A stretch of 64,000 nt of DNA. It comes from an uncultured Gammaproteobacteria bacterium (lineage in GTDB: Bacteria > Pseudomonadota > Gammaproteobacteria > PS1 > Pseudothioglobaceae). The stretch's first letter is position 1, and each line of letters begins with the position of its first letter. The notes under the pieces are model-generated. The model saw nothing but the letters and a program-made list of their open reading frames with translations, ran no database searches and had not been told where the DNA came from. The stretch lies in NCBI GenBank assembly GCA_913057955.1, contig CAJXOB010000001.1:21215-85214 (forward strand), given 5' to 3'. Shown one piece after another: positions 46,433-56,019 of the stretch. The translations under genes and the position numbers were made by a program.

Positions 46433-47718
46433 CAAAAGAAACTCAAACTAAAGACAGGCTTTCAGTTGATGGCCTAGCAAAAAATATTCAAAAGATGCAA
46501 AGAAGCACGCGAATGACATCTTTTTTTAAAAAGATTTTATTTAAAAAATTGAAAGGCCTCAAAACAGGCGAACTGACCATAATTGATGGTGCTAAAACAC
46601 ACGTATTTGGCCTACCAAAGTCAGAACTTAATGCAACAGTAACGGTTTCCTCTCAAGAGTTTTATGTATTTTTAGGGAGTGGGGGGACCAATGGGGCGGC
46701 AGAAGCATTCACCGCAGGCTATTGGTCTGCCGACAACCTGGTAGACTTAATACGACTCATTATAAAAAATAAAAAAACCATGGAGGGCCTTGAGTCTGGG
46801 TTTGCAAGATTAACAAACCCAATTACTAAAATAATTCATAAGCTAAGACAAAACACTCTGAAAGGAAGCAAGAGTAATATTTTGGCGCACTACGATTTGA
46901 GCAACGATTTTTATAAGCTATGGCTTGACTCAACTATGACTTATTCAAGCGGTATTTTTCTAAACAAGAACTCAAGTATGCACGAGGCTTCAATAGAAAA
47001 ACTGGATAGGATTTGCAGAAAACTAAAACTTGATAGCAATGACCATGTTCTTGAAATCGGAACTGGATGGGGAAGCTTTGCCGTTCATGCGGTCAAAAAT
47101 TATGGTTGTAAAGTTACGACAACGACTATCTCAGACAGCCAATTTAATTATGTAGCCAATCTAATTAGTAAAGAAGGTCTAGGTGACAAGATAACCTTGT
47201 TAAACAGAGACTATAGGGAGCTTGAGGGTGCTTTTGACAAGGTCGTTTCGATTGAAATGATTGAGGCAGTTGGGTCTGATTATGTCCCTGGTTTTTTTGA
47301 AAAAGCATCTTCATTATTAAAGCAAAATGGTTTAATGGCTCTTCAAGGAATAACATATAACGACCCAGACTTCGATGCTTACAAAAATTCAGTAGACTTT
47401 ATTAGAAAATATATTTTCCCTGGCTCCTGCCTTATTTCAGTAGCCCAGGTAGAGCATGCTATCACAAAGAAAACAGACCTAGTTAAGATTGATTCTGAGG
47501 ATATAACTCTTGACTATGCAAGGACGCTCGCAATCTGGCGCCAAGATTTTGAAAAAGTATTACCGCAAGTCAGAGAACTTGGTTTTTCAGATCCCTTCAT
47601 AAGGATTTGGATCTTCTACCTAGTTTACTGCGAAGCAGGATTCCTTGAAAACTTAATCGGCGACTTTCAGTTTATTTTTGCCAAGCCCGACTCACAAAAC
47701 ACTAAAATTACGTATTAA
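46429..47718 (+). CDS. cyclopropane-fatty-acyl-phospholipid synthase family SAM methyltransferase (copy 1)
   Basis: 429 aa with HYDLSNDFYKLWLD and SAM motif I VLEIGTGWGSFA. It is CMAS-family collinear. Confidence 0.85.
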   Translation: MTKETQTKDRLSVDGLAKNIQKMQRSTRMTSFFKKILFKKLKGLKTGELTIIDGAKTHVFGLPKSELNATVTVSSQEFYVFLGSGGTNGAAEAFTAGYWSADNLVDLIRLIIKNKKTMEGLESGFARLTNPITKIIHKLRQNTLKGSKSNILAHYDLSNDFYKLWLDSTMTYSSGIFLNKNSSMHEASIEKLDRICRKLKLDSNDHVLEIGTGWGSFAVHAVKNYGCKVTTTTISDSQFNYVANLISKEGLGDKITLLNRDYRELEGAFDKVVSIEMIEAVGSDYVPGFFEKASSLLKQNGLMALQGITYNDPDFDAYKNSVDFIRKYIFPGSCLISVAQVEHAITKKTDLVKIDSEDITLDYARTLAIWRQDFEKVLPQVRELGFSDPFIRIWIFYLVYCEAGFLENLIGDFQFIFAKPDSQNTKITY

Positions 47719-47722
47719 GAGA

Positions 47723-48757
47723 ATGATTAAATTATTAATAAAACTTGCAGAAAATGGCTTATTGCCAGACACGCTTATTAGGCTGGGAATTAAACGCTTG
47801 TGCGCTCAAAGGCTTCTAGAAGCAACTAGCATTGGTGAGCTTGAAATGGAAAAAAGACACTCGTCTTGGGTTGAGTTTTTAAATGAAAGCCCTATTGCTC
47901 TAGTTCCAGAAAAGGCCAATGAGCAGCACTATGAGGTGCCGCCAAAGTTTTTTGAGTTGGTTCTTGGAGAGAACCTAAAGTACAGCTCTGGTTACTGGCC
48001 ACAAGGAGCGCTAACTCTAGAGCAATCTGAAAATGAAATGCTAAGGCTGACCTGTGAAAGAGCTGGCCTAGTAGACGGCCAAGAAATATTGGAACTTGGC
48101 TGTGGGTGGGGCTCTTTGACGCTTTTTATGGCTAAAAATTTTCCAAATAGCAAAATTACAGCAGTAAGCAACTCTAACGATCAGAGGCGCTTTATAGAAG
48201 CTAAAGGAAAGAAGCTGAATCTAAAAAATATCGAAGTTATTACAGAAGACATGAATGATTTTTCAATAAACAAGCAGTTTGATCGAGTTATTTCAATTGA
48301 AATGTTTGAGCATATGCGAAATTATAACGAGCTTCTTGGCAGGGTCAGTGGCTGGCTCAACCAAGGAGGAAAGCTGTTTGTTCATATCTTTTCGCATGAA
48401 AAAATTGCATACCCTTTTGAAGATGAAGATGAGGGCGACTGGATGGCTAGAGAGTTTTTTAGTGGTGGACAAATGCCTTCACACAGGCTTTTGATGAGTT
48501 TTCCAGATAAAATGAAGATAGAGCAAGATTGGAGAGTTGATGGAACGCATTATGAAAAAACATCGCTCGCATGGCTCCAAAAGATGGATGGCAATAAGTC
48601 CGAAGTATTGGAATTATTTTCAAATACATATGGTCAAAGCGAGGCCAATAAATGGTTTTATAGATGGCGCATATTTTTTATGTCGTGTGAAGTTCTCTTT
48701 GGCTTTAATAAGGGTTCTGAATGGGGCGTTTCTCACTATCTTTTTAAAAAACCATAA
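47723..48757 (+). CDS. cyclopropane-fatty-acyl-phospholipid synthase family SAM methyltransferase (copy 2, shorter)
   Basis: The ATG at 47723 (MIKLLIKLAENG) lies 4 nt after the copy 1 stop. It carries HYEVPPKFFELVLG and SAM motif I ILELGCGWGSLT. It has clearly diverged from copy 1. Confidence 0.85.
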   Translation: MIKLLIKLAENGLLPDTLIRLGIKRLCAQRLLEATSIGELEMEKRHSSWVEFLNESPIALVPEKANEQHYEVPPKFFELVLGENLKYSSGYWPQGALTLEQSENEMLRLTCERAGLVDGQEILELGCGWGSLTLFMAKNFPNSKITAVSNSNDQRRFIEAKGKKLNLKNIEVITEDMNDFSINKQFDRVISIEMFEHMRNYNELLGRVSGWLNQGGKLFVHIFSHEKIAYPFEDEDEGDWMAREFFSGGQMPSHRLLMSFPDKMKIEQDWRVDGTHYEKTSLAWLQKMDGNKSEVLELFSNTYGQSEANKWFYRWRIFFMSCEVLFGFNKGSEWGVSHYLFKKP

Positions 48758-48787
48758 AGAAACAAAGTGATTAATGAGCGGGATACA

Positions 48788-49675
48788 ATGAAAAATAATA
48801 TTACACACATAGTTACAATTTTTGCCTGTATTTTAATTGCATCTCTTGTTGCGGCTGCAGCTTCAGATGCAGAGCTTTATCTTTATGGAGTTCCAGTTAT
48901 TTTTCTATGCGCGGGCGCTAGTTTTGTTGTTCATTGGGCCATTGCTATTCCGGCCCTTATCACTAAAAATGAAAAGTATTTTGATCTAACAGGAATGATT
49001 GCAACGCTTCTAATTGTCATTATTGCAGTGTTCGCACTCTATAGCTCAAAACAGCCAACATCTATTCTTTCAATAACTGTAGCAGTTTTTGTGACTATTT
49101 GGACCTTGAGGCTTGGAACTTTTCTCTATATAAGGATTTTAAAAATTGGAGAGGATGTAAGGTTCAAAGAGATAAAGAACTCGTATCCAAAGTTTTTAAT
49201 GACATGGACCCTTTCAGCTCTTTGGGTTTTTCTAACAACAGTTAATGCGATTACTGTAATCGTTGCGAACCCTGAAAAGCCTTTAGACCTATTTTTTATA
49301 ATAGGCGCTGCTGTTTGGGTCTTCGGTTTTGGTTTTGAGGCTCTTTCAGATAAACAAAAAAAGAATTTTAGCTCTCTTTCAGAAAACAAAGATAAATTTA
49401 TTTCACAGGGGCTATGGGCAGTTTCAAGGCATCCAAATTATTTTGGTGAGGTTGTTCTTTGGCTCGGTATTGCAATAATTTCATTGCCACTTCTCTCAGA
49501 TTGGCAATTTTTAACGCTTGTTTCGCCCGTGTTTGTTTATCTTCTTATTACTAAACTAAGTGGACTGCCTTTCTTAGAAGATAAAGCAGATAAAAAGTGG
49601 GGAAGCGATAAAGAGTATCAAAAATACAAGAGCAGCACGCCTATTCTCGTTCCTTATTTTGGAAAAAAACAATAA
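48788..49675 (+). CDS. DUF1295 / steroid-5-alpha-reductase-like polytopic membrane protein
   Basis: About 295 aa with multiple TM helices. It carries the motif GLWAVSRHPNYFGEVVLW that I associate with DUF1295. The ATG at 48788 is preferred over the GTG at 48767. Confidence 0.6.
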   Translation: MKNNITHIVTIFACILIASLVAAAASDAELYLYGVPVIFLCAGASFVVHWAIAIPALITKNEKYFDLTGMIATLLIVIIAVFALYSSKQPTSILSITVAVFVTIWTLRLGTFLYIRILKIGEDVRFKEIKNSYPKFLMTWTLSALWVFLTTVNAITVIVANPEKPLDLFFIIGAAVWVFGFGFEALSDKQKKNFSSLSENKDKFISQGLWAVSRHPNYFGEVVLWLGIAIISLPLLSDWQFLTLVSPVFVYLLITKLSGLPFLEDKADKKWGSDKEYQKYKSSTPILVPYFGKKQ

Positions 49676-49690
49676 TATAGGGTATTAAAT

Positions 49691-50215
49691 ATGTCTATTG
49701 AAACACCAGAATATCAGCTTATTTCAAAAGAAGGAGCATTTGAAGTAAGGCGCTATAGTGACATGATCATAGCCACAACAAATGTTCAGGGTGGATATAA
49801 AGGCTCTACTTCAACTGGCTTTAGACGAATAGCAGGCTATATCTTTGGTGGTAATGATAAAGAGATGAAGATAGCAATGACGGCGCCTGTTATTACAGAC
49901 TGCCCAACTGCAGATTTAAATTCTTATACTGTTTCTTTTGTAATGCCAAAAGAACACTCCTTTGAGGATCTTCCAAGGACAAATACTAAGCTCATTTCCA
50001 TAGAGAAAGAAAATCTTGGTGACGTAGCCGTGTTAAGTTTTGGGGGTCGTGTTAACGAGGCTCGAAGTATTGAGTATCAAAAAAAATTCTCAGAACTACT
50101 TAAGAACAATAAGATTGATACACAAGGAGGCTTTATGGTTGCCCAATTTAATTCTCCATGGACACTGCCAATGTTTCGAAAAAATGAGCTAATGGTCCGG
50201 ATAAAAAAAATATAA
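49691..50215 (+). CDS. SOUL haem-binding family protein
   Basis: 174 aa. ETPEYQLISKEGAFEVRRY and KIAMTAPV match the SOUL/HEBP family pattern. It has no signal peptide. Confidence 0.6.
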   Translation: MSIETPEYQLISKEGAFEVRRYSDMIIATTNVQGGYKGSTSTGFRRIAGYIFGGNDKEMKIAMTAPVITDCPTADLNSYTVSFVMPKEHSFEDLPRTNTKLISIEKENLGDVAVLSFGGRVNEARSIEYQKKFSELLKNNKIDTQGGFMVAQFNSPWTLPMFRKNELMVRIKKI

Positions 50216-50265
50216 TTTTTTATTACCAGTCATATTTCTGTCATATTCACAAATTATAATTCAAT

Positions 50266-50298
50266 GCTCAGCATACAGAATTCTTCAACCTGCTGAGC
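50266..50298. other. 8-bp inverted repeat (GCTCAGCA ... TGCTGAGC) between the convergent SOUL and acyl-CoA dehydrogenase genes
   Basis: Read directly. The loop is 17 nt and there is no adjacent T-run, so it is at best a weak terminator or RNA-stabilising hairpin. Confidence 0.25.
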
Positions 50299-50345
50299 AA
50301 GGGCAGAGAATTAAATTTAAAAAATAAAAGTTCTAGATTATTTGA

Positions 50346-52097
50346 CTAAGATGCTGAAGAAATTGTAGCAAAGTTTGATAGATACCTCGGCAAGATAAAG
50401 TTTAAAAAGTGGTTAACAGTTTTAGATTTTTCTTCAAAAAAATCAGCTGAAACGGCATTACTTTCAAAGGCAATTTTTGCCTTATCAAGGCTTTTAAGCA
50501 TTTGCCAAGTGGCTGTAATCGTTCCTACCATCATTAGGACATCAAAAGCTATTTGCCCAGAGTGTTGTTTATTTTCAGAATTACTTAAGACAAGCGAGGT
50601 TGCATTTTCTAGAGCATATAAAGAATCTTTAAAGCGGCTTAGTTGTGCGGTTGAAACCAGTTCTTTTAAAGAGTCTTTGTTAGCGCATTCTTGCATTTCA
50701 AAGATCAATTCGTTCATGCCTAGGCCGTTGTCACTAATAATCTTTCTGCCGACTAGGTCCATAGCCTGAATTCCATTTGTGCCTTCGTAAATTGGTAATA
50801 TGCGGGCATCTCTAACAATTTGTGCGATGCCAGTTTCTTCAATATATCCCATTCCTCCATGGCACTGAAGGCTCAAAGAGGCGACCTCTTGTGCGGTTTC
50901 TGTACACCAGCCTTTAACGATTGGCGTAAGAAGGCCTAGTCTTCTTTTGTGTTGACTAAGGCTCTCAGTTGGTAAGTCACTAGCAGCAAAATCAACTTCA
51001 GCACACGCCGAATAAGTCAGCGCACGAGAGGCTTCTGTTATAGATTTCATATTGGACAGCATACGCTGAACATCCGGGTGCCTAACTATTGGGCCAGCCT
51101 CTTTGTGTCCGGGAGCAACCCCTTGAACTCGGATGTTACAAAAGCTAAGGGCTTGTTGATAGGCTCGCTCTGAAACGGAAACACCTTGCAGGCCAACAGT
51201 TAGTCGGGCATTATTCATCATTGTGAACATACACTGAATGCCTTTATTTTCTTCACCTATTAAGAAGCCAATTGCACCAGTTTTATCGCCATAGCTCATT
51301 ACACATGTAGGGCAAGCGTGAATTCCAATTTTTTCTTCTAGAGACAAGGCTTTCAGGTCATTTCGCTCGCCTAAAGAGCCGTCATCATTTACAAGTATTT
51401 TTGGAACTAAAAAAAGCGAAATGCCTTTAACACCTTCAGGGGCGTTAGGAAGTCGCGCTAAAACTAAATGCACAATATTTTCTGCCATATCATGCTCACC
51501 CCAAGTGATATATATTTTTTGACCACGTATTAAATAATGATCATCTTCAGGAGTGGCACGAGTTTTAAGGGCGCCTACATCAGTTCCAGCATCACCCTCT
51601 GTAAGGTTCATTGTTCCACTCCATTTGCCAGATATCAGTTTTGGGAGATAGCGCTGCTTGAGCTCGTCGCTTGCATTATGGGTTATTGCCTCGACTGCGC
51701 CCTGCGTAAGAAGGGGGCAAAGACCCCAAGACATGTTAGCAGAGTGCCACATTTCTTGAACGCTTGCAGCGACAACAAACGGAACGCCTTGACCGCCATA
51801 TTTAGGATCAAATTGTAGTGAGCCCCAACCACCTTCAACATAATGATGGTAGGCCTCCTTAAAGCCAGTTGCTGTAGTTACCTCTCCAGCATTATTAATT
51901 TTTAAACCTTCAAGGTCTCCCGGTTTATTGATGGGCTCAATTTCTTCTTTTGCTAGTTTTCCTGCGGCTTCAAGAACTGTATCGAGTATGTCAATAGTAG
52001 AGGCATCAGCTCCAGTTTCGCTGCAAAGTTTTTCTAGCTCCACAACCTCTCTTAAAACAAATCCCATGTCTTCTACTGGGGCTGTATAGTTTGACAT
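50346..52097 (-). CDS. long acyl-CoA dehydrogenase with N- and C-terminal extensions (Pseudomonas FadE1/2 or DmdC type)
   Basis: 583 aa. The N-terminus MSNYTAPVEDMGFVLREV is typical of the roughly 590-aa ACAD subfamily. It has an ACAD core (GGMGYIEETG, YEGTNGIQ) and an extra C-terminal helical domain. Confidence 0.85.
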   Translation of the reverse strand: MSNYTAPVEDMGFVLREVVELEKLCSETGADASTIDILDTVLEAAGKLAKEEIEPINKPGDLEGLKINNAGEVTTATGFKEAYHHYVEGGWGSLQFDPKYGGQGVPFVVAASVQEMWHSANMSWGLCPLLTQGAVEAITHNASDELKQRYLPKLISGKWSGTMNLTEGDAGTDVGALKTRATPEDDHYLIRGQKIYITWGEHDMAENIVHLVLARLPNAPEGVKGISLFLVPKILVNDDGSLGERNDLKALSLEEKIGIHACPTCVMSYGDKTGAIGFLIGEENKGIQCMFTMMNNARLTVGLQGVSVSERAYQQALSFCNIRVQGVAPGHKEAGPIVRHPDVQRMLSNMKSITEASRALTYSACAEVDFAASDLPTESLSQHKRRLGLLTPIVKGWCTETAQEVASLSLQCHGGMGYIEETGIAQIVRDARILPIYEGTNGIQAMDLVGRKIISDNGLGMNELIFEMQECANKDSLKELVSTAQLSRFKDSLYALENATSLVLSNSENKQHSGQIAFDVLMMVGTITATWQMLKSLDKAKIAFESNAVSADFFEEKSKTVNHFLNFILPRYLSNFATISSAS

Positions 52098-53710
52098 TAA
52101 TCTTCTCCGGTGCTTTTAACTGAATCTCTAAGCTCGTGCTTTTGAATTTTCCCAGTTGCAGTTTTAGGCAGTGGACCAAAGACGACTTTTTTTGGTCTTT
52201 TAAATTTAGCCATATTTTGCTTACAAAAATCAATAAGCTCTTCTTCTGATGCTTGTTGGCCTGTTTTTAGTTCTACAAATGCACAGGGCACTTCTCCCCA
52301 AGTTTCATCTGGCATTGCTACAACCGCAGCTTCTCCAACAGAAGGGTGCTGATAAAGCACATTTTCAATCTCCACAGAAGAGATGTTTTCCCCTCCAGAA
52401 ATTATGATATCTTTCGACCTGTCTTTAATTTGAATGTAGCCATCATTATGAATTACGGCTAAATCCCCACTATGAAACCAGCCACCTTCAAATGCCTCCT
52501 CTGTTGCTTTGGGGCTGTTCCAATAGCCCATCATACAAGTGTTACAGCGAATTACAATTTCGCCAATTGCCTCACCGTCATGAGGAACATGCTGTCCAGT
52601 ATCCTGGTTGATGACGCTAACATCCTCAGTCATTGGGAATCTTACTCCTTGCCTTGAGCTTAGCTTAGCAAGCTCCGCTGGACTCTTATTAAGCCAAGAG
52701 GCTTGGGGTGCTGCCTGAAGGATATGTCCATACGTCTCAGTCAGTCCATATACATGCATAACGTTAAACCCTAGTTTCATCATGCTCTCTAAAACCTTTG
52801 CAGGAGGAGGTGCGCCAGCAGTCATTACTTTAATTTCTCTCTCAAAATATTTTTGCGTTTCTTTGGGCGCGTTGGCAAGCATATTGAGCATTATAGGAGC
52901 TCCACCAAAATGAGTTACATTATGCTGTTCAAGGAGGCTAAATACTTTTTCAGGGGCAAAAGACCGAAGGCAAATTATAGTTCCAGCGATCGCAGCCATT
53001 GTCCAGGCATGGCCCCAACCATTGCAGTGAAACAATGGAACCGAGTATAGATAAACAGGGTGGTTGGGAAGGTTCCAGCCAATCACAGTGCCCATGCTCA
53101 TTAAATAAGAGCCACGATGATGATATACGACGCCTTTAGGCTTTCCAGTTGTTCCAGAGGTGTAGCTGAGTGAAAGTGGGCTCCATTCATCTTCAGGCAT
53201 TTGCCAGTTATATTGAGGATCTCCATTTACAACTAGAGATTCATACCCAGTTATATCTGAAGAAATATCAGGCTGTGATTCAGCAAAAGAATCGTTTATT
53301 ACTACTATTTTTGGACTAACTGAAGCTATAGAGAGGGCCTCAGATGCAACAGCAAAAAGCTCTCTGTCAACAAAGAGCATCTTTGCGTTGCTGTCGTCAA
53401 AAATGTATGCAATTGTTGCGGCGTCAAGTCTAATATTTATAGTGTTTAGGATTGCACCAGCCATTGGAATTGAAAAATGTGATTCAAACATTTCGGGAGT
53501 GTTGAATGCTAGAACTGAGACAGTATCACCTGGTTTTATGCCATAACTTTTTAGACTTGAGGCAATTCGAACGCACCTTTCTCTTGTCTCACTCCAAGTG
53601 TAAGTTCTATCTTCATAAATTACTGAAGTGTGCTGACCATAAACATCCGCTGTTCTATGTAAGAACGAAAGCGGTGAAAGAGGCATAAAATTTGCAGGAT
53701 TTTTTTTCAT
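52097..53710 (-). CDS. AMP-forming acyl-CoA ligase (short/medium-chain type; DmdB-like candidate)
   Basis: 537 aa with the AMP-binding motifs YTSGTTGKPKGV, YGLTET, GWFHSGD and a C-terminal KIQK Lys. Confidence 0.85.
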   Translation of the reverse strand: MKKNPANFMPLSPLSFLHRTADVYGQHTSVIYEDRTYTWSETRERCVRIASSLKSYGIKPGDTVSVLAFNTPEMFESHFSIPMAGAILNTINIRLDAATIAYIFDDSNAKMLFVDRELFAVASEALSIASVSPKIVVINDSFAESQPDISSDITGYESLVVNGDPQYNWQMPEDEWSPLSLSYTSGTTGKPKGVVYHHRGSYLMSMGTVIGWNLPNHPVYLYSVPLFHCNGWGHAWTMAAIAGTIICLRSFAPEKVFSLLEQHNVTHFGGAPIMLNMLANAPKETQKYFEREIKVMTAGAPPPAKVLESMMKLGFNVMHVYGLTETYGHILQAAPQASWLNKSPAELAKLSSRQGVRFPMTEDVSVINQDTGQHVPHDGEAIGEIVIRCNTCMMGYWNSPKATEEAFEGGWFHSGDLAVIHNDGYIQIKDRSKDIIISGGENISSVEIENVLYQHPSVGEAAVVAMPDETWGEVPCAFVELKTGQQASEEELIDFCKQNMAKFKRPKKVVFGPLPKTATGKIQKHELRDSVKSTGED

Positions 53711-53721
53711 AGCATTAACGG

Positions 53722-56019
53722 TTAATTTCTAAGCGTAATTCCATTATCTAACATAGATACAATCCTTGCTTGCGTTTCTTGCGTTTGAGCAAGTGTGATG
53801 AATGAAGAGCGCTCAGCATCTAAAATATCTTGTTCAGTAAAAATAGTGCCAGAAGCACAATTTCCACCAGTCATAATTCTTCCAATCTCAGTTCCAACGG
53901 TTACATCATGCGGCGTAAGCATGCCATTTTTATTATTTTTTGTAAGCCATTCCAGCATTTCTTCAAAGTGGTCTTTGCCAGAAAGTGCGAGGGGGTTTCT
54001 GGCTTTTGCTTTTGAGGTTGTTTCAATAAATGAAAGCGCACTATTAAGTATACGGTCTCTATTCATATGAAAGACATCATCGGCTCTTCTCATTGATAGA
54101 GCATCAGCTTCTTGGGGGGAGCTGGCTCGTCTGCCAAGTCCAATATTCATAAATGATTTCCAAGCGCCTTTGCGATTATCTCCTAGATTTTCAGACCACC
54201 TATAAAGCGTTTCTTTGCACCCACCACCCGCTGGAACAACCCCCATAAAGGACTCAACAAGACCCATCACTGAGTTTGCATGACCCACAACATGATCAGC
54301 ATGAAGAACAACCTCAAAGCCACCACCAATTGACATACCTACTGGCGCTGCAATTACAGGTAATTTTGAGTTTCTCATTTGCAGCATTGTATTTTGAAAG
54401 TAGACAAGAAAAGCATCAAGTGCATCAAAGTCATTTTTTTCAAAGCAATTTCTAACACTCCAAAGACTAACCCCACAGGAAAAATGCTGGAAGTCATTAT
54501 GAATTACAACGCCACGTAAGCCCTTTTTTTCAGACTCAGTTATTGCATCAGAAATCATATCCAAAGAACCACTATCCAGCGCATTAGCTTTTGAGTGAAA
54601 CTCAACAATTGCTGCGCCTTCATACTCAAACCAGCTAGCAGATTCATTTGAATTTATTGCTTTGAGGGTTTGACGAACTTCAGAAAATCTAAGTACACCA
54701 TCTGGTCTCATAATTGGTTTTAGATTTCCATCAGGTGAAAGAGAGCTTAATCCAGATTCTGAATTGTTATAAAATTTATTATTAATACCCTTAAGAAGAA
54801 ACTCTGGAACGTCTCGACCATCAACTTTAAGTCGGTCAACAAAGTACTCAATTCCAATTTCATCTAACAGCTCAAATGGCCCCTGTACCCAGTTATACCC
54901 AAGCTTCATAGCATCATCTATTTGCGTTAAATCATCAGTGACCTCTGGAACAAGAGATGCAGCATAGCAGAGTGTTTCTGAAATAACATCCCATATATAA
55001 AGACCATATGTACTTGTATCTTTAATAATAAAAGAAATCCCGATTTTTTCTGCCTCTTCAAGAAGGGGGGTTTTTAAGCGCTCATGAACCCCATAATTCC
55101 CAGACGATAAATCAATTACTTGTCTTTCGTCACCAACTTGTTTATAAAAACCTTTTTCGTTTTTATTTCCAGTTTGACCATTTGCAATCATATCGGTCAT
55201 AATCTCAATTGGGGATGAGTATTTATGAAACACATCATTTTCTGGAAGTATGCTTACGAGGCTTTTGACAACATCCGCCATCAGATCAATGCCGATTAAA
55301 TCATATAGACCAAATACACCAGTCTTTGGAAGCCCTAGAGGCCTACCAAAAAAAGCATCCGCTTCTGTCGGCGATAGTTTGTATTCAAATGCCTTATGAA
55401 GCGCACATTGGATAGCAAAAACCCCAACTCTATTGGCAAGAAAGCCCGGGGTATCTGAGCATGAAACAACGCCTTTTCCAAGCATCGTCTCACTAAATAA
55501 ATCAAGTGTATTAATAACGTCATCTCTAGTAAATTCACCACGTACTAATTCAAGCAACCTCATAAATCTAACTGGGTTAAAAAAATGAGTTATTGCAAAG
55601 CGCTCACAAAACTTTTTTGGCATTCCTTTTGTCAGAAGGCTAATTGGAATCGTAGAAGTATTAGAGGTTATGATGGTTGCCTCTTTACAGCTTTCGTTCA
55701 GGCGCTGATAGAGAGATTGTTTAATATCAAGTCTTTCTACAACAGCCTCAGCAATCCAGTCGCAATCTTCAAGTTCCTGGAAGTGATCGCGAGTGTTTCC
55801 AATTTTTATAAGTTTTTCGGCTTCCTCGCTCATGAGGCCAGGCATATCTGGATCCTTCAGTCTTTCAAGGCCTTTGGCGGCCAAGCTGTTTACGTTTTCA
55901 CCATCACTTGGAAGGTCGAGAAGCCAAACCTCCACCCCAGCATTTGCTACTTGACCTGCAATTCCAGCACCCATTGTTCCGGCGCCAATAACGCCTACTT
56001 TTTTAATTTGATTTGTCAT
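53722..56019 (-). CDS. FadN-type bifunctional 3-hydroxyacyl-CoA dehydrogenase (N-terminal) / enoyl-CoA hydratase (C-terminal)
   Basis: 765 aa. It has a Rossmann motif VGVIGAGTMGAGIA at the N-terminus and a crotonase-fold region AAPVGMSIGGGFEVVLHADHVV in the C-terminal third. This domain order is reversed relative to E. coli FadB. Confidence 0.85.
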   Translation of the reverse strand: MTNQIKKVGVIGAGTMGAGIAGQVANAGVEVWLLDLPSDGENVNSLAAKGLERLKDPDMPGLMSEEAEKLIKIGNTRDHFQELEDCDWIAEAVVERLDIKQSLYQRLNESCKEATIITSNTSTIPISLLTKGMPKKFCERFAITHFFNPVRFMRLLELVRGEFTRDDVINTLDLFSETMLGKGVVSCSDTPGFLANRVGVFAIQCALHKAFEYKLSPTEADAFFGRPLGLPKTGVFGLYDLIGIDLMADVVKSLVSILPENDVFHKYSSPIEIMTDMIANGQTGNKNEKGFYKQVGDERQVIDLSSGNYGVHERLKTPLLEEAEKIGISFIIKDTSTYGLYIWDVISETLCYAASLVPEVTDDLTQIDDAMKLGYNWVQGPFELLDEIGIEYFVDRLKVDGRDVPEFLLKGINNKFYNNSESGLSSLSPDGNLKPIMRPDGVLRFSEVRQTLKAINSNESASWFEYEGAAIVEFHSKANALDSGSLDMISDAITESEKKGLRGVVIHNDFQHFSCGVSLWSVRNCFEKNDFDALDAFLVYFQNTMLQMRNSKLPVIAAPVGMSIGGGFEVVLHADHVVGHANSVMGLVESFMGVVPAGGGCKETLYRWSENLGDNRKGAWKSFMNIGLGRRASSPQEADALSMRRADDVFHMNRDRILNSALSFIETTSKAKARNPLALSGKDHFEEMLEWLTKNNKNGMLTPHDVTVGTEIGRIMTGGNCASGTIFTEQDILDAERSSFITLAQTQETQARIVSMLDNGITLRN

